Position numbers and translations under genes: made by a program
Source: Octopus sinensis
Lineage: Eukaryota
Reading direction: 5' to 3'
Assembly: GCF_006345805.1 (NCBI RefSeq)
Contig: NC_043010.1
Span: 33,418,001-33,482,000, forward strand
DNA: 64,000 bases
Shown here: positions 37,594-51,480 of the stretch, one piece after another
Position numbering within the stretch: position 1 is the stretch's first letter
How the letters are laid out: every line of letters begins with the position of its first letter
Notes under the pieces: generated by a model
What the model was told of the DNA's origin: nothing
Database searches by the model: none
The model's input: only the letters and a program-made list of their open reading frames with translations

Positions 37594-40500
37594 GCACACT
37601 TTTGGCAGCATGTTTTTTTATAATGCTTTTTTTATTGCCATTTCTGTGTGTATGCGTGTGTGTGCGTAAAAAAAAAGAAGTTAATTTTTTTATATTGTAC
37701 ACACACAAAAATAGTGTGTATACAGTAAGAGAGAGGAAGAAAGAACCACTGAGGGAATATATAAAAAAAATGAAATCTCTCTCTTTCTCTCTTACTGCCA
37801 CAGTACTCGCTCTATCTTGTCCTCACTCTCAACCTCTCTCTCTTTCTCTCACTCTTTCTTTCACTTGCTTTCTCTCTCTCTTGTTTTCCCTTTCTTTCTC
37901 TTACTGTTTCTTTCTCTCTCTTTTCTCTTTCTCACTTTCTCTCCCTCTCTCACTGTTATTGTACTCTCACTTTTCCTTCTCTCTCTTTCTTTCTCATTAC
38001 CAAACACTCTCTCTCTCTCTCATTACCAAACACACACAATCTCTCTCTCTCTCATTACCAAACACACACACTCTCTCTCTCTCATTATCAAACACACTCT
38101 CTCTCATTACTGAACGCCCTCTCCCTCTCTCTATCTTCCCCTTCTCCCCTTCTCTTTCCTCCCCTCTCCCCCACCCCCTCTCTCATCAATGGCCATCAAT
38201 AAAAAGACAGTCTGATCTGCTTGAAAACTATATTTTACTTTATTTTACCATTTTCATAGTTCCAGGATTTTTTTTTTGCTTTATTTATTCATTTATTTTA
38301 ATTTTTTTTTTACATTTCCGGCAGCGACACAAAGAATAATGCATTTTTTTTCAGATTTTCTTTCAAATTTTATGCTTTTTTTAAAAACCAAAATTTTTTT
38401 TGCCCATTTTGTGTTTTCATTTTTGTAGCTTTTGTAATTTCATTTTTATTTTAATGTTTTTTCAAAATGTAAAGAAATAAAATGCAATATCATTGTATGG
38501 TTTGTATAGTAATGGTAAGTTGGTCTGATGTGGAATGGATTTAAATGAAGCATTACTGGTTGTATTGCTTTAAGTGATAGCGGTAGTGGTGGTGGTGGCA
38601 GTGGCAGCAGAAGCGGTGCCAATGGTGGCAGTAATGGCAGCAGCAATGGTGGCAGCAGCAATGGTGGCAGCAACAGTCATGTTGGTGGTGGTGGTGGTGG
38701 TAGAAAGTATGACGATGGTTTGACAGTGATGATGATTCTGTTCATGATGTGGATGATGATGATGTAAATGATGATGACGAAGATGATGATGATGCAGAGG
38801 AGTTACTATAAGGTTACTTTCAGTCGTTATTACCAGCAACATAAATCACTACCATCACAATAACAACAACCACAAAGATTTCAGCCACTATAACTCAACT
38901 TTACTACTACTACTACTACTATAACTACTACTACGGCTGCTGCTGCTACTACTACTACCACCACCACCACTGCCACCACAATGACTATACTACTACTACT
39001 ACTACTACCACAACCACCACCATCATAGTCTACACCAGGACAAATCATAATCCTAACTTCTAAATGGTTGCTCAATTTGCCAGAGAGAATAGAAGAGAAC
39101 TCTTTGAATCTTTTATAGACTTTGGTGGCACATTCAGAGCAATTTTCTTTGGCTGGCAGGATAGTGTAGGGTGGAGTGAGGAGAGTCTTCATTCATCTTC
39201 TATCAGTCAATGGTTCTTTCTCATAGGATGAAAGGAAGATCACTTAGCTGAAATAATTCTTTGAACTGAACCAACTGAAGAAAATGAAGAACCTGTTGTC
39301 GAGTCTTTGATGCGGTTGCATCCTCGTTTTTCATTCCTGGTTTCTGTAAAGGGGTTGGCATTAGGAAGGACATCCAGCCGGGAGCTTGAACTCCTTGCAG
39401 TCCTCTCGTTTGTTGGATCCTCTCAAACCATCCGATCCATGCTAGCATGGAAGGTGGAAGGATGCTAAACGATGATGATGCTGATGACAATGATGTTGAG
39501 GAGGAGAAGGAGGATTGATGATGATGATGATTATGGCAATGGTTGTGATTATGGCAATGATGCTGGTGATGCTGATAATGAAGAGCAAGTTAATTTAACC
39601 ATCTTGATCAGGGGTTGATGATGAGACAGACGATGACGATGATGATGATAATGGTGATTATGCTGATGATGATGGTGATTATGCTGATGATGAAGAAGAT
39701 GGAGCCGTTTTAGTCATGGTCATTGCTATTTGAACGCTGAAAAAGCCAAAGTTGATTATTTGGTTTCATAGTTGTGGTGGTAGTATTGCTTTGAAGAGGT
39801 AGACTATCACTACAACTACTATGACCACAACCACAACACCAACTACCACTACAACTACCTCAGAAACTACCATAACCGTAACATCATCATCATGATCATC
39901 GTTTAACATCTGCTTTCCATGCTGGCTTGGGTTGGACAATTTGACATAGAGCAGGCTAGCAGGGAGCCGTCCAGACTCCAACTGTCTGTTGGCACATGGT
40001 GTCTAAGGCTGGATGCTCTTCCTAACATCAATCCCTTAACAGAGCATGCTGGGAGCTTTTTATGAGTCATCGACACAGGTGTGTTTATGCAGCATCAGCA
40101 CAGGTGCGTCAACTCAGCACTGGCATGAGTGCTTCTTAAGTGACACTGGCACTTGAAAGGACAAGCCAATATGTACTTTCTCTTTTACTCTTTTACTTGT
40201 TTCAGTCATGTGACTGTGGTCATGCTGGAGCACCGCCTTTAGTCGAGCAAATCGACTCCAGGACTTATTCTTTGTAAGCCTAGTACTTATTCCATTGGTC
40301 TCTTTTGCTGAACTGCTAAGTTATGGGGATGTAAACACACCAGCATCGGTTGCCAAGCGATGTTGGGGGGACAAACACAGACACACAAACATATATACAC
40401 ACATACATACTTATATATATATATATATATACATACATATATGCGACAGGCTTCTTTCAGTTTCCGTCTACCAAATCCACTCACAAGGCTTTGGTCGACC

Positions 40501-41330
40501 CGAGGCTATAGTAGAAGACACTTGCCCAAGGTGCCACGCAGCGGAAGTGAACCCAGAACTATGTGCTTCGTAAGCAAGCTACTTACCACACAGCCACTCC
40601 TGTGCCAATGTGTGGCAGACAGCGATTTTACTTAGCTTGACATGTTTTAGCAAGTGCAGCAAATTGTCCCATTTCCCAGTCCCTTGTCATTGCCCCACTG
40701 AGCCCCAGCGTCCGAAGATCCTTTCTCAACACTTCGTCCCACGTCTTGCCCTTCCACATGACCCTCCACAATTAGAGCCTTCTTTTGCAGCTGTTCTCAT
40801 CCATAACCACTACACTAATTACCACAACAACTACTGCAGCCACGACTACTAGAACTAATACCACTACAGTTATAACATTAATTACCCATACAACTATTAC
40901 AAGTACTACTACCACAGCAGTTACTGTTACCTATATCATCATCATCAACACTATCACCATCACCACCACCTCTACACAGCACCATCATTAACACAGACAC
41001 TGCCACCTATACACATCCTTACACAGACACTACACTATACTAATGCTAAAGAGCCACTTCCTTAGCAGTATTACCACTTACCACTACCGCCACCACAACC
41101 AACACAATTGTCACTACAACAACTGTCAAAATTAATGCATTTCACACTACTACAACCACCACCACTACCATTACCACCACCACCACCATCACCACACCAC
41201 TAACATCATCACCACCACCACCACCACTGCCAATATCACCATCATCATTACCACCACCACCATCACTGCCACCACCACTACCACCTCTACTACACTTCAT
41301 ACTACCACCAACACTCCTCACTTCTAGTGA
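36950..41330. repeat. Extended low-complexity zone: (CATA)n, (TA)n, (CA)n, (CT)n, cryptic GGT/GAT/ACT/ACC trinucleotide tracts
   Basis: Direct inspection; source of many spurious ORFs. Confidence 0.9.
40178..40602 (-). mobile_element. SINE family A, full length
   Basis: Reverse complement of 33901-34270. Confidence 0.88.
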
Positions 41331-42915
41331 TTATTATATGTTACTCTATTTGTGAGAGCTAAGATGGTCAAGCTTAATAAGAGAGTGGACAGCCATCCAA
41401 AAATTTAGTTGTCCGTCTTCTTGTGTCTGTGTTTTATGTTGTTTATTGTAACTTTTATTTGTTTCACTCATCAGACTGTGGTCATGCTGGGGCATCACCT
41501 TGAAGAACTTTTAATTGAATCAATTGACCCCAAAGTACTATTTTTTTTAAGCCAGGTACTTATTCTATCGATCACTTTTTGCCAAACTGCTAAGTTATGG
41601 GCATGTAAACAAATTAACAACGAAATCTACTGAAGCAAGTTTTTTTAATCCCTGTACACAAGAGTTATCTCCCTTACAACCATCCTAATCCCTGTTGTTT
41701 TGACTTCTCTCAATAATCTTACACATTCTCAACGTCTTCATTATTATATCGTTGCTAGTTTCACTACTTTAACCGTATATTTCCCTGTCAGTTTGTCATT
41801 TTCCATATTTACACCCCCAGAACCCACTGCACAAACTGAATTAAAATTTTTCGAAGCGGGGGAAAATATATTTTCTACTCTAGGCGCAAGGCCCGAAATT
41901 TTGGTGGGAGGAGGCCATTCGATTAGATCGACCCTAGTACGCAACTGGTACCTAATTTATCGACCCCAAAATGATGAAAATCAAATTCGACCTTAACGGG
42001 CCAGTCAGGCGGTTCTGGCAGAGACAATGCTCAAAATGTAATTTTTAAATGCTACCTGCACAGGAGCCAGTCTGGCAGCACTGGCAACGACCACGCTCGA
42101 ATGTTGTTTATCACATGCCACTGGCACATGTGCCAGTAAGGTGACGCTGGCAACGATCATGCTTGAATGGTGCCTTTTTACGTGCCACCGGCATGGGAGT
42201 CAATCAGCGGCCCTGGCAATGATCATGCTTCGATGGTGCTTTTAACGTTCCACTGGCACTTGTGCCAATCAGGCATTACTGTCATCAGCCACATCAGCAA
42301 TTTTTATTTTGATTTCACTTGCCTCAACAGGTCTTCGCTAGCAAAGTTTATTGTCCAACGAAAGACCAGATAGCGATGTTGAACCAGATAACAGAATGAA
42401 TCTACGTCTCCAAGATCTCAGAATGGGAAAAAGTGGAACAAATACAAGGTTTTCTTGATTGATGTTCTAGGAATTCTGCCATTCTACTGTCCACGAATGG
42501 TACATTATTTAAAGCAGTTTTATTTCAAGCATGAGGTGTTTAGGGTGACATGTGGACAACATCTGTAAGTGTTTGAGAGTTTAAGGAGGATTCAAGAGTG
42601 CTTATAATCTGTATAGGAACATGTCTTATTAGAAATAACATCATACAGATCATCAGTGTACAGAAGAAAGTGTCATCATCATAGTCATCTACATCATTGT
42701 TTTACCGTCCATTTTTCCATGCTTGCATTGGTAAGATGGAATTTGTTGAGGCAGATTTTCTAAGGTTGGATACCCTTGCTGTCACCAACAATTGCCTGTT
42801 TCTAAACAATTTAATATTTCTCCACAGCCAGATATGCTTTCACAGAAGCTTGGAAACAAAAGACACACATCTGCAGCTATCACATGAAGTCAAGACAACT
42901 AGACAGTAACACACA

Positions 42916-42964
<49 letters not shown>

Positions 42965-43701
42965 ACATACACAAGTATATACAACAGGCTCCTTTGAGTC
43001 TCTGTCTATTGAATCCACTCAGAAGAATTAGCTTGACCCAAAACTATAGCAGAAGACATTTGCTCAAGGTACCATGCAGTGGTACTAAATTTGAAATCAC
43101 GTGATTTGGATGCCCCCATGCTTGTTGGAAACATGACAGAATTTTGAGGCACACCTGATAGAATGTTGGCTGGAGAAAGTCCATTAACACACACTACAAA
43201 TGCTAAGTCAAACAGAAAGCTTCCAATCTAAGAAATGATAAATAGATAGATAGATAGAGAGAGAGAGAAAGAGAGAGAGTGCATGTATGCACGAGCTTGA
43301 TGGTTGTATAGATAGATAGATTGATAGAAAGTGAGTGTGTGTGTGCGTGAGCTTGATGGTTATATAAACAGACAGGCAGACAAACAGACAGACAGACAGA
43401 TAGATAGATAGATAGATAGATAGAGAGAAAGACAGACAAGCAGACATACCAAAGCATGTCTAAATGACTGAACACAGAAAATAAAAATAAAAGAGATACA
43501 TTCACACTCACATGCATATATATATGTATATTTGTATGCACATCATCACCATCGTTTAACGTCCATTGTCCATGCTGGCATGGGCTGGACAGTTTGACTG
43601 GGCTGGCATGCTGGAAGGCTGCACCAGACTCCAATCTGATTTGGCAAGATTTCTACAGCTGGATGTCCTTCCTAATGCCAACCACTCCGAGAGTATAGAT
43701 T

Positions 43702-44435
43702 AGTAGTGGGAGAGGATGCTCTGAGAGCGTGATAGCTAGAATAAGTATAGGATGGAGTAAATTCAGAGAGCTGTTACTCGTTGGCCATGAGGGTTTCTCT
43801 CTCCGAGTAAAAGGAAGATTGTATGATGCATGTATACGAACAGCAATTCTACATGGTAGTGAGATGTGGGCCCTGAATGCAGAGGACATGCAAAGGTTAG
43901 AAAGAAATTAGGCTAGTATGCTCTGTTGGATGAGTAATGTAAGTGTGCATGTTTGACAGAATGCTAGTATTTTGAGAGAGAAGTTAGGCTTAAGAGGAAT
44001 TGGTTACTGTGTGGAAGAGAGAAGACTGCACTGGTTTGGTCATGGGATGTGGATGGATACCAACAGCTCCATAAAGAAGTGATGATCTCTCAAAGTAGAT
44101 GGAGCACATGGAAGTGGGAGACCCAGGAAGACATGGGATGAAGTATTGAAGAACGAGCTCAAGATGCTGAACCTTTCAGGTGAGATGACAAAGCACTAAG
44201 ATGCCTGGTGCCTCAAGAAGACCCATACTCCAGAGTAGAAGTGTTAGACCGAACCCTCTGGTGGTGTAAAGCACTTGAGGTGATGTCACATAACAGCCCC
44301 TGTACAGTGCCATGTAAAAGTACCCAGGGCACTCTAAAGTGACTGGCATTTGGAAGGGCATCTAGCCATAGAAACCATGCCAAATCTGGTCAATCTGTCC
44401 AACCTATATCAGCATGGACAACAGATGTTAAAGGG

Positions 44436-44470
<35 letters not shown>
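43702..44470 (+). mobile_element. RTE-clade LINE 3' fragment (ORF end running into the 3' UTR and (GAT)n tail)
   Basis: ARISIGWSKFRELL...RVKGRLYDACIRTAILHGSEMW; LHWFGH; GRPRKTWDEV. Shows that the 'ggaagggcatccagc...ccatgctagcatgg' repeat is the RTE 3' UTR. Confidence 0.85.
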
Positions 44471-44472
<2 letters not shown>

Positions 44473-45719
44473 ATATCAATGTGTGCATATGTCTTTGTGT
44501 TTGTGTTTGTCCTCTACTACCACTTGACAACTGGTGTTGGTGTGTTTACATCTCCATAATTTAGCAGTTCAGCAAAAGACACTGATAGAATAAGTACCAG
44601 GTGTAACAGAAAAATAAGTACTGGGGTCAATTCATTCGATTTAAAGCAAATTGTTTAAGGCAGTGCCCCAGCGTGGTTGCAGTTTAATGACTGAAATGAA
44701 TCAAAGAAGAAAAGGATCTTGAAATCAGTGAAAATATAGCACGAGGAAGCTAGGTGAGACATGAGATGTTGTGGCTATTTAACCAGAAGAGAAACCAAGG
44801 GTAGAAGGTTTTATGATGCAATGCTCTGTGTCATCGAAATGGAGAGTTATGGAGTATTGCTAATTAAAAGGAAATTGTACTAAACCAGACTGTCATCGGG
44901 GAGAAAATGTTGTGTATCAAACAACACTGGCTCACTTGTTCTCAATGACATTAAGTAAAAAAGAAAGGGCATGAAAGTGTCACTAGGAGGGGTTGTTAAA
45001 TGAGAACTAAGGAATAATATGAGTGCAATAGTAAAAGCCTAATCCAAGTGGAATTGACAGAGGTCTCAGCAATCAAGGTTATCTCAATACAGCTAGTAAG
45101 GCCATTAAGGGTATGTAGTCAAGAATAGTTGCTGTTAAGTTGAAGGTACCAGTCTAAGTAGGTCATATGCTAGTTACTTGCAGGTAGTTAATCAAGTAGT
45201 ACAGGAAAGCATTTTCCACAAAGACTGGAATAACATTATCATTGTGTACTGCTATAAAGGGCATATTAAATGCATTGGAGAGGAATAATTACAGAGGCTT
45301 CAAACACAGTTGGGTTTCTAAGTTTTGAAAGTAAGTGAAAAGAGCCACAGTAAATGTATAGTGCAAGACTGTTATTGACTTTTATCAAAACAAAATTGTA
45401 TCACACATATCGCACGCGTGCACACACACACACACACCATATGTGTGAGTGTGACGAAATTTATAATATATACAATATATATCATGATATATATAATATA
45501 TATATATACATGTATAAAAATAGTTAATCCAAACAAGAAAGCACAAAAAACACAACAACGCGAGGACGTGGAACAAATATAGTATTATTGGATGCTCAGG
45601 AAAGAAGGAAAGAAGGATGGTTTAACGTTTCGAGAGGAGCTCTTTGTTGGAAACATAGGAGAAGGAAAGATCCAGAGAAGGGAAGACAGAGGAAAAAAAT
45701 ATATATATATATATCATCG

Positions 45720-46140
45720 TGGAGGCACAATGGCCCAGTGGTTAGGGCAGTGGACTCGCGGTCATAGGATCGCGGTTTCAATTCCCAGACCGGGCATTGT
45801 GAGTGTTTATTGGGCAAAAACACTTAAAGCTCCACGAGTCTCCGGGTGGTGGTGAACCCTGCTGTACCCTTTCACCACAACTTTCTGTCACTCTTTCTTC
45901 CTGTTTCTGTTAAGGGTACACGTGTCAGCCACTTGCATGTTAATAAATGAGCTGCAACGTCACTAGTGTCAAGCTGTATCGGCCGTTGCCTTTTCCTTGG
46001 ATAACATTGGTGGCGTGGAGAGGGGAGGCTGGTATGCATGGCCAACTGCTGGTCTTCCATAATCAACCTTGCCCAGACTTGTGCCTCGGAGGGTAATTTT
46101 CTAAGTGCAATCCCATGGTCATTCATGACCAAAGGGGGTC
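45720..46140 (+). mobile_element. tRNA-derived SINE with ggggtc tail
   Basis: A box tggcccagtgg, B-box-like ggtttcaattcc, tail cccatggtcattcatgaccaaagggggtc. Confidence 0.7.
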
Positions 46141-46505
46141 ACAATATATATCATCATCATCATCATTTAACATCCGTTGTCCATGCTGGAATGGGTTGAA
46201 CGGGTTTGATTGGGCTGGCATGCTGGAAGGATGCGCCAAGCTCCAGTTTGATTAGGCATGATTTTCTACGGCTGGATGCCTTTCCTAACGCCAACCACTC
46301 TGAGAGTGTAATGGGTGTTTTTGTGTGCCATTTGTGTGACACCAGTATCTGCCACAACTGCGATTTTACTCAGATCGATGAGACTTCTTCTCAAGTATGA
46401 CATAATGCCAAAGGTCTTGGTCATTGCCTCCGTAAGGCCCAACACTCGAAAGGAAATTGGCCACTTTGCCCCAATGGGAGTTCCATTTGGGACAAAAGGA
46501 AAATG

Positions 46506-46712
46506 ACAAAATTATCCAATCATATATGATCATTAAAAGATAAAGGTGTCAGTTACAACATCCATTGGAAGATTTTAGCCAATGGCAGTGGAAGGTGTGG
46601 TCTATGCGACATGGAAAGATGGCTCATCTGGAAAAGCAGTTTAGACCCCACTACAAGTCTGAACTCAAGGACAGAACTTTTCAGATCATGTCCACATGTG
46701 GCCAAGTTTTGT
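46506..46712 (+). pseudogene. Penelope-like element ORF C-terminal remnant (GIY-YIG-associated Cys/His region)
   Basis: TKLSNHI*SLKDKGVSYNIHWKILANGSGRCGLCDMERWLI...LNSRTELFRSCPHVAKF follows the PLE pattern LS.HIW.LK...I.W.IL....C.LC..E...LN.R.EL...C.H..KF. Confidence 0.8.
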
Positions 46713-47571
46713 TATGTTTTTGATCCCCCCAAGACTACAGATAGAACTTGCTTTCTATATTGTGTCCATGCACAAGTTTTTTTTATCTCATTATACCTTT
46801 TACTTTTATTTTATTTATATTTTTTATACATATATTTCTTACATATTATAGAGAATTTTGTTTATAGATATATTTTTTTACACATAATTTTTTCTGTACT
46901 CTACCTTCCACCCTGCATTTTTCCCTGTGCCTATATAGACGTGTATATGGAATCCTTTGTGTGCACGTGTGGATGTGTGTATATAGATGTGTGCATGTGT
47001 GTGTTCATGTGAGTACGTGTGTATATAGACGTATTTTACTGAGTGTTTTTACACATTTTCCTGTATTTTTTCTTTTAGACGTATGTATAATCCTTTTTGT
47101 GCATTCATGTGTGTGTGCAGGTATGTGCATATATGGGTGTGTGTGTGTGTGCGTGCATAAGGGTATGTGCATATATAAACGTGGTTTACACTTTGTATAC
47201 TTCCTTTTGCCTTTTTTCTGTATTGTTACCCTTAACCCTGTTTTTTCTTGTGCTTGTGCGTATGTATGAACTTTTACGGTGTGTGTGTGTGTGCGGTGGG
47301 GTTGTATGTATATGCATATACATTTGGCGAAGGTTGTGAGTGAAGATGTGTACGTTTTTCTAGTGAGGGTGGATGAATATATGCGTACGCACGTGGGTGT
47401 GTGGGCACACATGTGTAGGTATGAACAGGCACACTTACGCGAATACTATGAACTTTTTACCCCCTTACCTTAATTAGCGGTCATTCGAATAGCTCTTTTG
47501 TCTTATTAGCGGTCAATAACACAGTAATTTCCCTTTGTGTAATGGTAATTTTTCATAGTGTTTTTCCGATG

Positions 47572-47641
47572 GCCAGATAACTGAAGAGATGGTGGCGTGG
47601 ATTTTCGCCTCGGCATCCGAAACTCAGAGTTTTATCTTGGC
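47572..47641 (+). ncRNA. Type I hammerhead ribozyme with canonical core in a Penelope pseudo-LTR
   Basis: gccagauaa-CUGAAGA-gaug..ggcg/cgcc..cauc-c-GAAAC-ucaga-GUU^uuaucu(u)ggc; predicted cleavage after 47631. Confidence 0.8.
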
Positions 47642-47760
47642 TACCGAATAATTGTCACATATTACATTTACAGATAAATTCCTCTATTTACATAATACCG
47701 AGGTCTCTTACTTTCTTTTGTTATCTTACTGTTTTTATCAATATATATATATATATATAT

Positions 47761-49350
47761 CCGATCGTGGCCGTTCGCCAGCCTCATCTAGCACCTGTGT
47801 CGGTGGCACATAAAAACACCATCCGAAGACCCGGCAAGACTAGTCAGGCCATAACCCATGGCCCCTACCTGGGACGTAGTCAGTCCACCTGTGCATACCT
47901 TCCTTCTTGTGACACTTGTGAAGACCTGTTGAGGCAAGTGAAAATCAAATCAAAACAAATCAAAATAGATGAACATCAATGGAATCTGTATCTTTGTGGT
48001 ACCAGTGCCGGTGGCACACACTTTGTGGTACCAGTGTCGGTGGCACACAAGAGAACCATCCGAACGTGGCCGTAGCCAGTTCCGCATCGACCGGCCTCCG
48101 TGCTGTGGGCACGTAACAAACACCATCCGATCATGGCCGTTCGCCAGCCTCATCTGGCACCTGTGTCGGTGGCACATAAAAACACCTTCCGAAGACCCGG
48201 CAAGACTAGTCAGTCCACCTGTGCATACCTTCCTTCTTGTGACACTTGTGAAGACCGGTTGAGGCAAGTGAAAATCAAATCAAATCAAAATAGACAAAAT
48301 AGATGAACATCAATGGAATTTGTATCTTGTGGTACCAGTGCCTGTGGCACACAAGAAATCCATCAGTGCCGTAGTCAGTGCGGTGGGCACATGACAAACA
48401 CCATCCGATCGTGGCCGTTCGCCAGCCTCATCTAGCACCTGTGTCGGTGGCACATAAAAACACCATCCGAAGACCCGGCAAGACTAGTCAGGCCATAACC
48501 CATGGCCCCTACCTGGGACGTAGTCAGTCCACCTGTGCATACCTTCCTTCTTGTGACACTTGTGAAGACCTGTTGAGACAAGTGAAAATCAAAACAAATC
48601 AAAATAGATGAACATCAATGGAATTTGTATCTTTGTGGTACCAGTGCCAGTGGCACGTGGCACATAAGAAAACCATCCGAACGTGGCCGTAGCCAGTACC
48701 GCATCGACTGGCCTCCGTGCTGTGGGCACGTAACAAGCACCATCCGATCGTGGCCGTTTGCCAGCCTCATCTGGCACCTGTGTCAGTGGCACATAAAAAC
48801 ACCATCCGAGCGTGGCCGTCTGCCAGCCTCGTCTGGCACCTGTGTCGGTGGCACATAAAAACACCATCCGAGCGTGGCCGTCTGCCAGCCTCGTCTGGCA
48901 CCTGTGTCGGTGACACATAAAAAACACCATCCGAGCGTGGCCGTCTGCCAGCCTCGTCTGGCACCTGTGTCGGTGGCACATAAAAACACCATCCGAGCGT
49001 GGCCGTCTGCCAGCCTCGTCTGGCACCTGTGTCGGTGGCACATAAAAAACACCATCCGAGCGTGGCCGTCTGCCAGCCTCGTCTGGCACCTGTGTCGGTG
49101 GCACATAAAAAACACCATCCGAGCGTGGCCGTTTGCCAGCCTCGTCTGGCACCTGTGTCGGTGGCACATAAAATCACCCACTACACTCTCGGAATGGTTG
49201 GCGTTAGGAAGGGCATCCAGCTGTAGAAACACTGCCAGATCTGACTGGACTGGTGCAGCTTTCGGGCTCCCCAGACCCCAGTTGAACCGTCCAACCCATG
49301 CTAGCATGGAAAGCGGACGTTAAATGATGATGATGATGATGATGATGATA
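47761..49350 (+). repeat. RTE 3' UTR concatemer: three ~280-370-bp units plus seven 62-63-bp units, then the normal UTR end and (GAT)n tail
   Basis: 62-63-bp unit starts at 48739, 48801, 48863, 48926, 48988, 49051, 49114; larger units restart at gaagacccggcaag. Confidence 0.9.
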
Positions 49351-49419
49351 TTTATATAGATAGATAGATAGACAGACAGACAGATAGATAGATAGATTGA
49401 CAGATAGATAGATAGGCAG

Positions 49420-49530
<111 letters not shown>

Positions 49531-51059
49531 CAGACAGATACATACATACATACATGCATGCATACATACATACATGCATACATACATACAGCTGAATATA
49601 TTCAGAAGATAAACACATATGTATACCTATGTAGATATTCATATATATACATATATATAATTTACATTGAGCATGAATAATACAGTTTACTAAGGAGAGA
49701 TGCATATTTTTTTAACTTGACAGCTGTTTCTAGAAGTTCAGAATTACATAATGATCATAATATTCATAATTAGCAGATGGAATGTGCAAGAAGTCATGGA
49801 TAAGTAACCAGATATTAACATATCTTCTTTCATCCAGTCTTACCTTATGTGGAAACAGATGAGGTGAGGGTTGACAGCAGGAAGGGCATCCAGATGTACA
49901 AAACACTCCTTATCAAATCCTGTCTGAACCATGCAAGCATGGAAACTTGGACATTAAAACTTATTTCTGTAAATGTGCTCAGCACTGATGCTGATTATAG
50001 TTTAATCAGTAAGCATAGGAGTGAAGTAAATGCAGTAAAAATGGGGGTGTCAGTGGGGCCCCATTTAAGTGGCCCTCCAAAAATTGAACCTCCTTACGAT
50101 ACTCTCTTGGAATTCATGGTATGAAATTCATTGTCATTGCTCCGATTTGGTTGCCAATGCAATGTATTTAGTTTAAAATGCAGTAACAATAGGGGTATCA
50201 GTGAGGATCCAATTAGGCAGCCCTTAAAAAAATGTCCTTAGGACATTCCCTGAGATTAGGGGAGTTGCTGGTTTGAGTTTTGTTGTTCTTGCATCAATAG
50301 TCTAGGAGATGGTTAATGAACATAAAAACATCTATCAAATTTATAATAGGATATCTTCATTATCACCATCATCATTTAACATCTGTTTTCCATGCAGGCA
50401 TGAGTTGGATGGTTTAACAGAAGCTGGCAAGGCCAGGGGCCACACCAGGTACCATTTTATGCTCTGGCATGGCTTCTATGCCTAGATGCTCTTCCTAATG
50501 CCAACCACTTCATAGAGTGTACTGGGTGCTTTTTACATGGCACCATTTCCCATGCTTTTTAAGTGGCACCATCACCAGTGTTTTTTATGCGGCACCAATA
50601 CCAGTGCTTTTTACATAGCACCAGCATCAGTATCAATTCTGTCTAACCACATGTCTTAACAGCAAGAAACTATTGTGTGGCTAAGAAGCTTGCTTCCCAA
50701 CCAAGGAAAATCTATCTGAATGAATTCCATCTGACCCATCCAAGCATGGTAAAATGGATGGTAAACAATGATGATGATGATAACGAAGATGATGATGTAT
50801 GTATCATATAATGCAATTTAGGTTTGTACAAAGATGCTGGAAAGATAGCCACCACATTTTGAGTGAGATAAAAACAGGAGACAGTGAAACACAAACCATA
50901 TTTCTTTGCATTGATTAACTTAGTGAAGGCTTTTCACAAAATCCTATGCTTTGTAGTCAGTCTGTCGGTGCCGACAAAACTATGTGTAAATGAGTGGCTT
51001 GGGGAAGGAGTTTAAGTGAAGTTCAAGAGCAGAAAACAGTAAATTCGGAGAACGATATT

Positions 51060-51480
51060 GAATGCAAATAAGATGTCCAGCAGGGCTCTGTTCTCAGCCT
51101 CCTTGTATTCATTTGTAATAACTGAAGCAACACCATAGAAATTCTTAAATGACAGTCACCTGATTCTCATAGCAGAATCTGCCTAAAGACTGCACAGAAG
51201 AAAAATTCAAAGACATGCGAGATGTCAATAGAAGCACCCAATGAAATGAAGGCCATGTACTGATCAGATGGTTTACAAGAATTAGGAGGTAGTTTCTGTT
51301 ACCTAGGTGATCTAATTAGTGACAGAAGAAGTGTGTATGTGTGTGTGATATATATAATATATAATGGGTCTAATGAAAATGTATAATAGCTTGAGTAAAA
51401 ACAAAAATTAGAAGCAGGTTAAGAATTTCAGGAAGCTTGTTACCTCTTTTGAAATCAAAGGGTTTTTATTTATTTATTTA
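51060..51480 (+). mobile_element. Highly degraded RTE reverse-transcriptase core fragment
   Basis: Residual QGSVLS, LILIAES and FCYLGDLIS motifs. Confidence 0.55.

Noticed and set aside
37491-38339. 282-aa ORF
   Set aside because: Translation of (CA)n, (CT)n and poly-T tracts; no splice or homology support.
38570-38800. Gly/Ser- and Asp-rich reading frames
   Set aside because: Cryptic GGT/GAT simple repeats with frame breaks, common throughout this region.
48739-49172. Regular 62-63-bp repeats resembling a CRISPR array
   Set aside because: No unique spacers, eukaryotic context, unit derives from the RTE 3' UTR.
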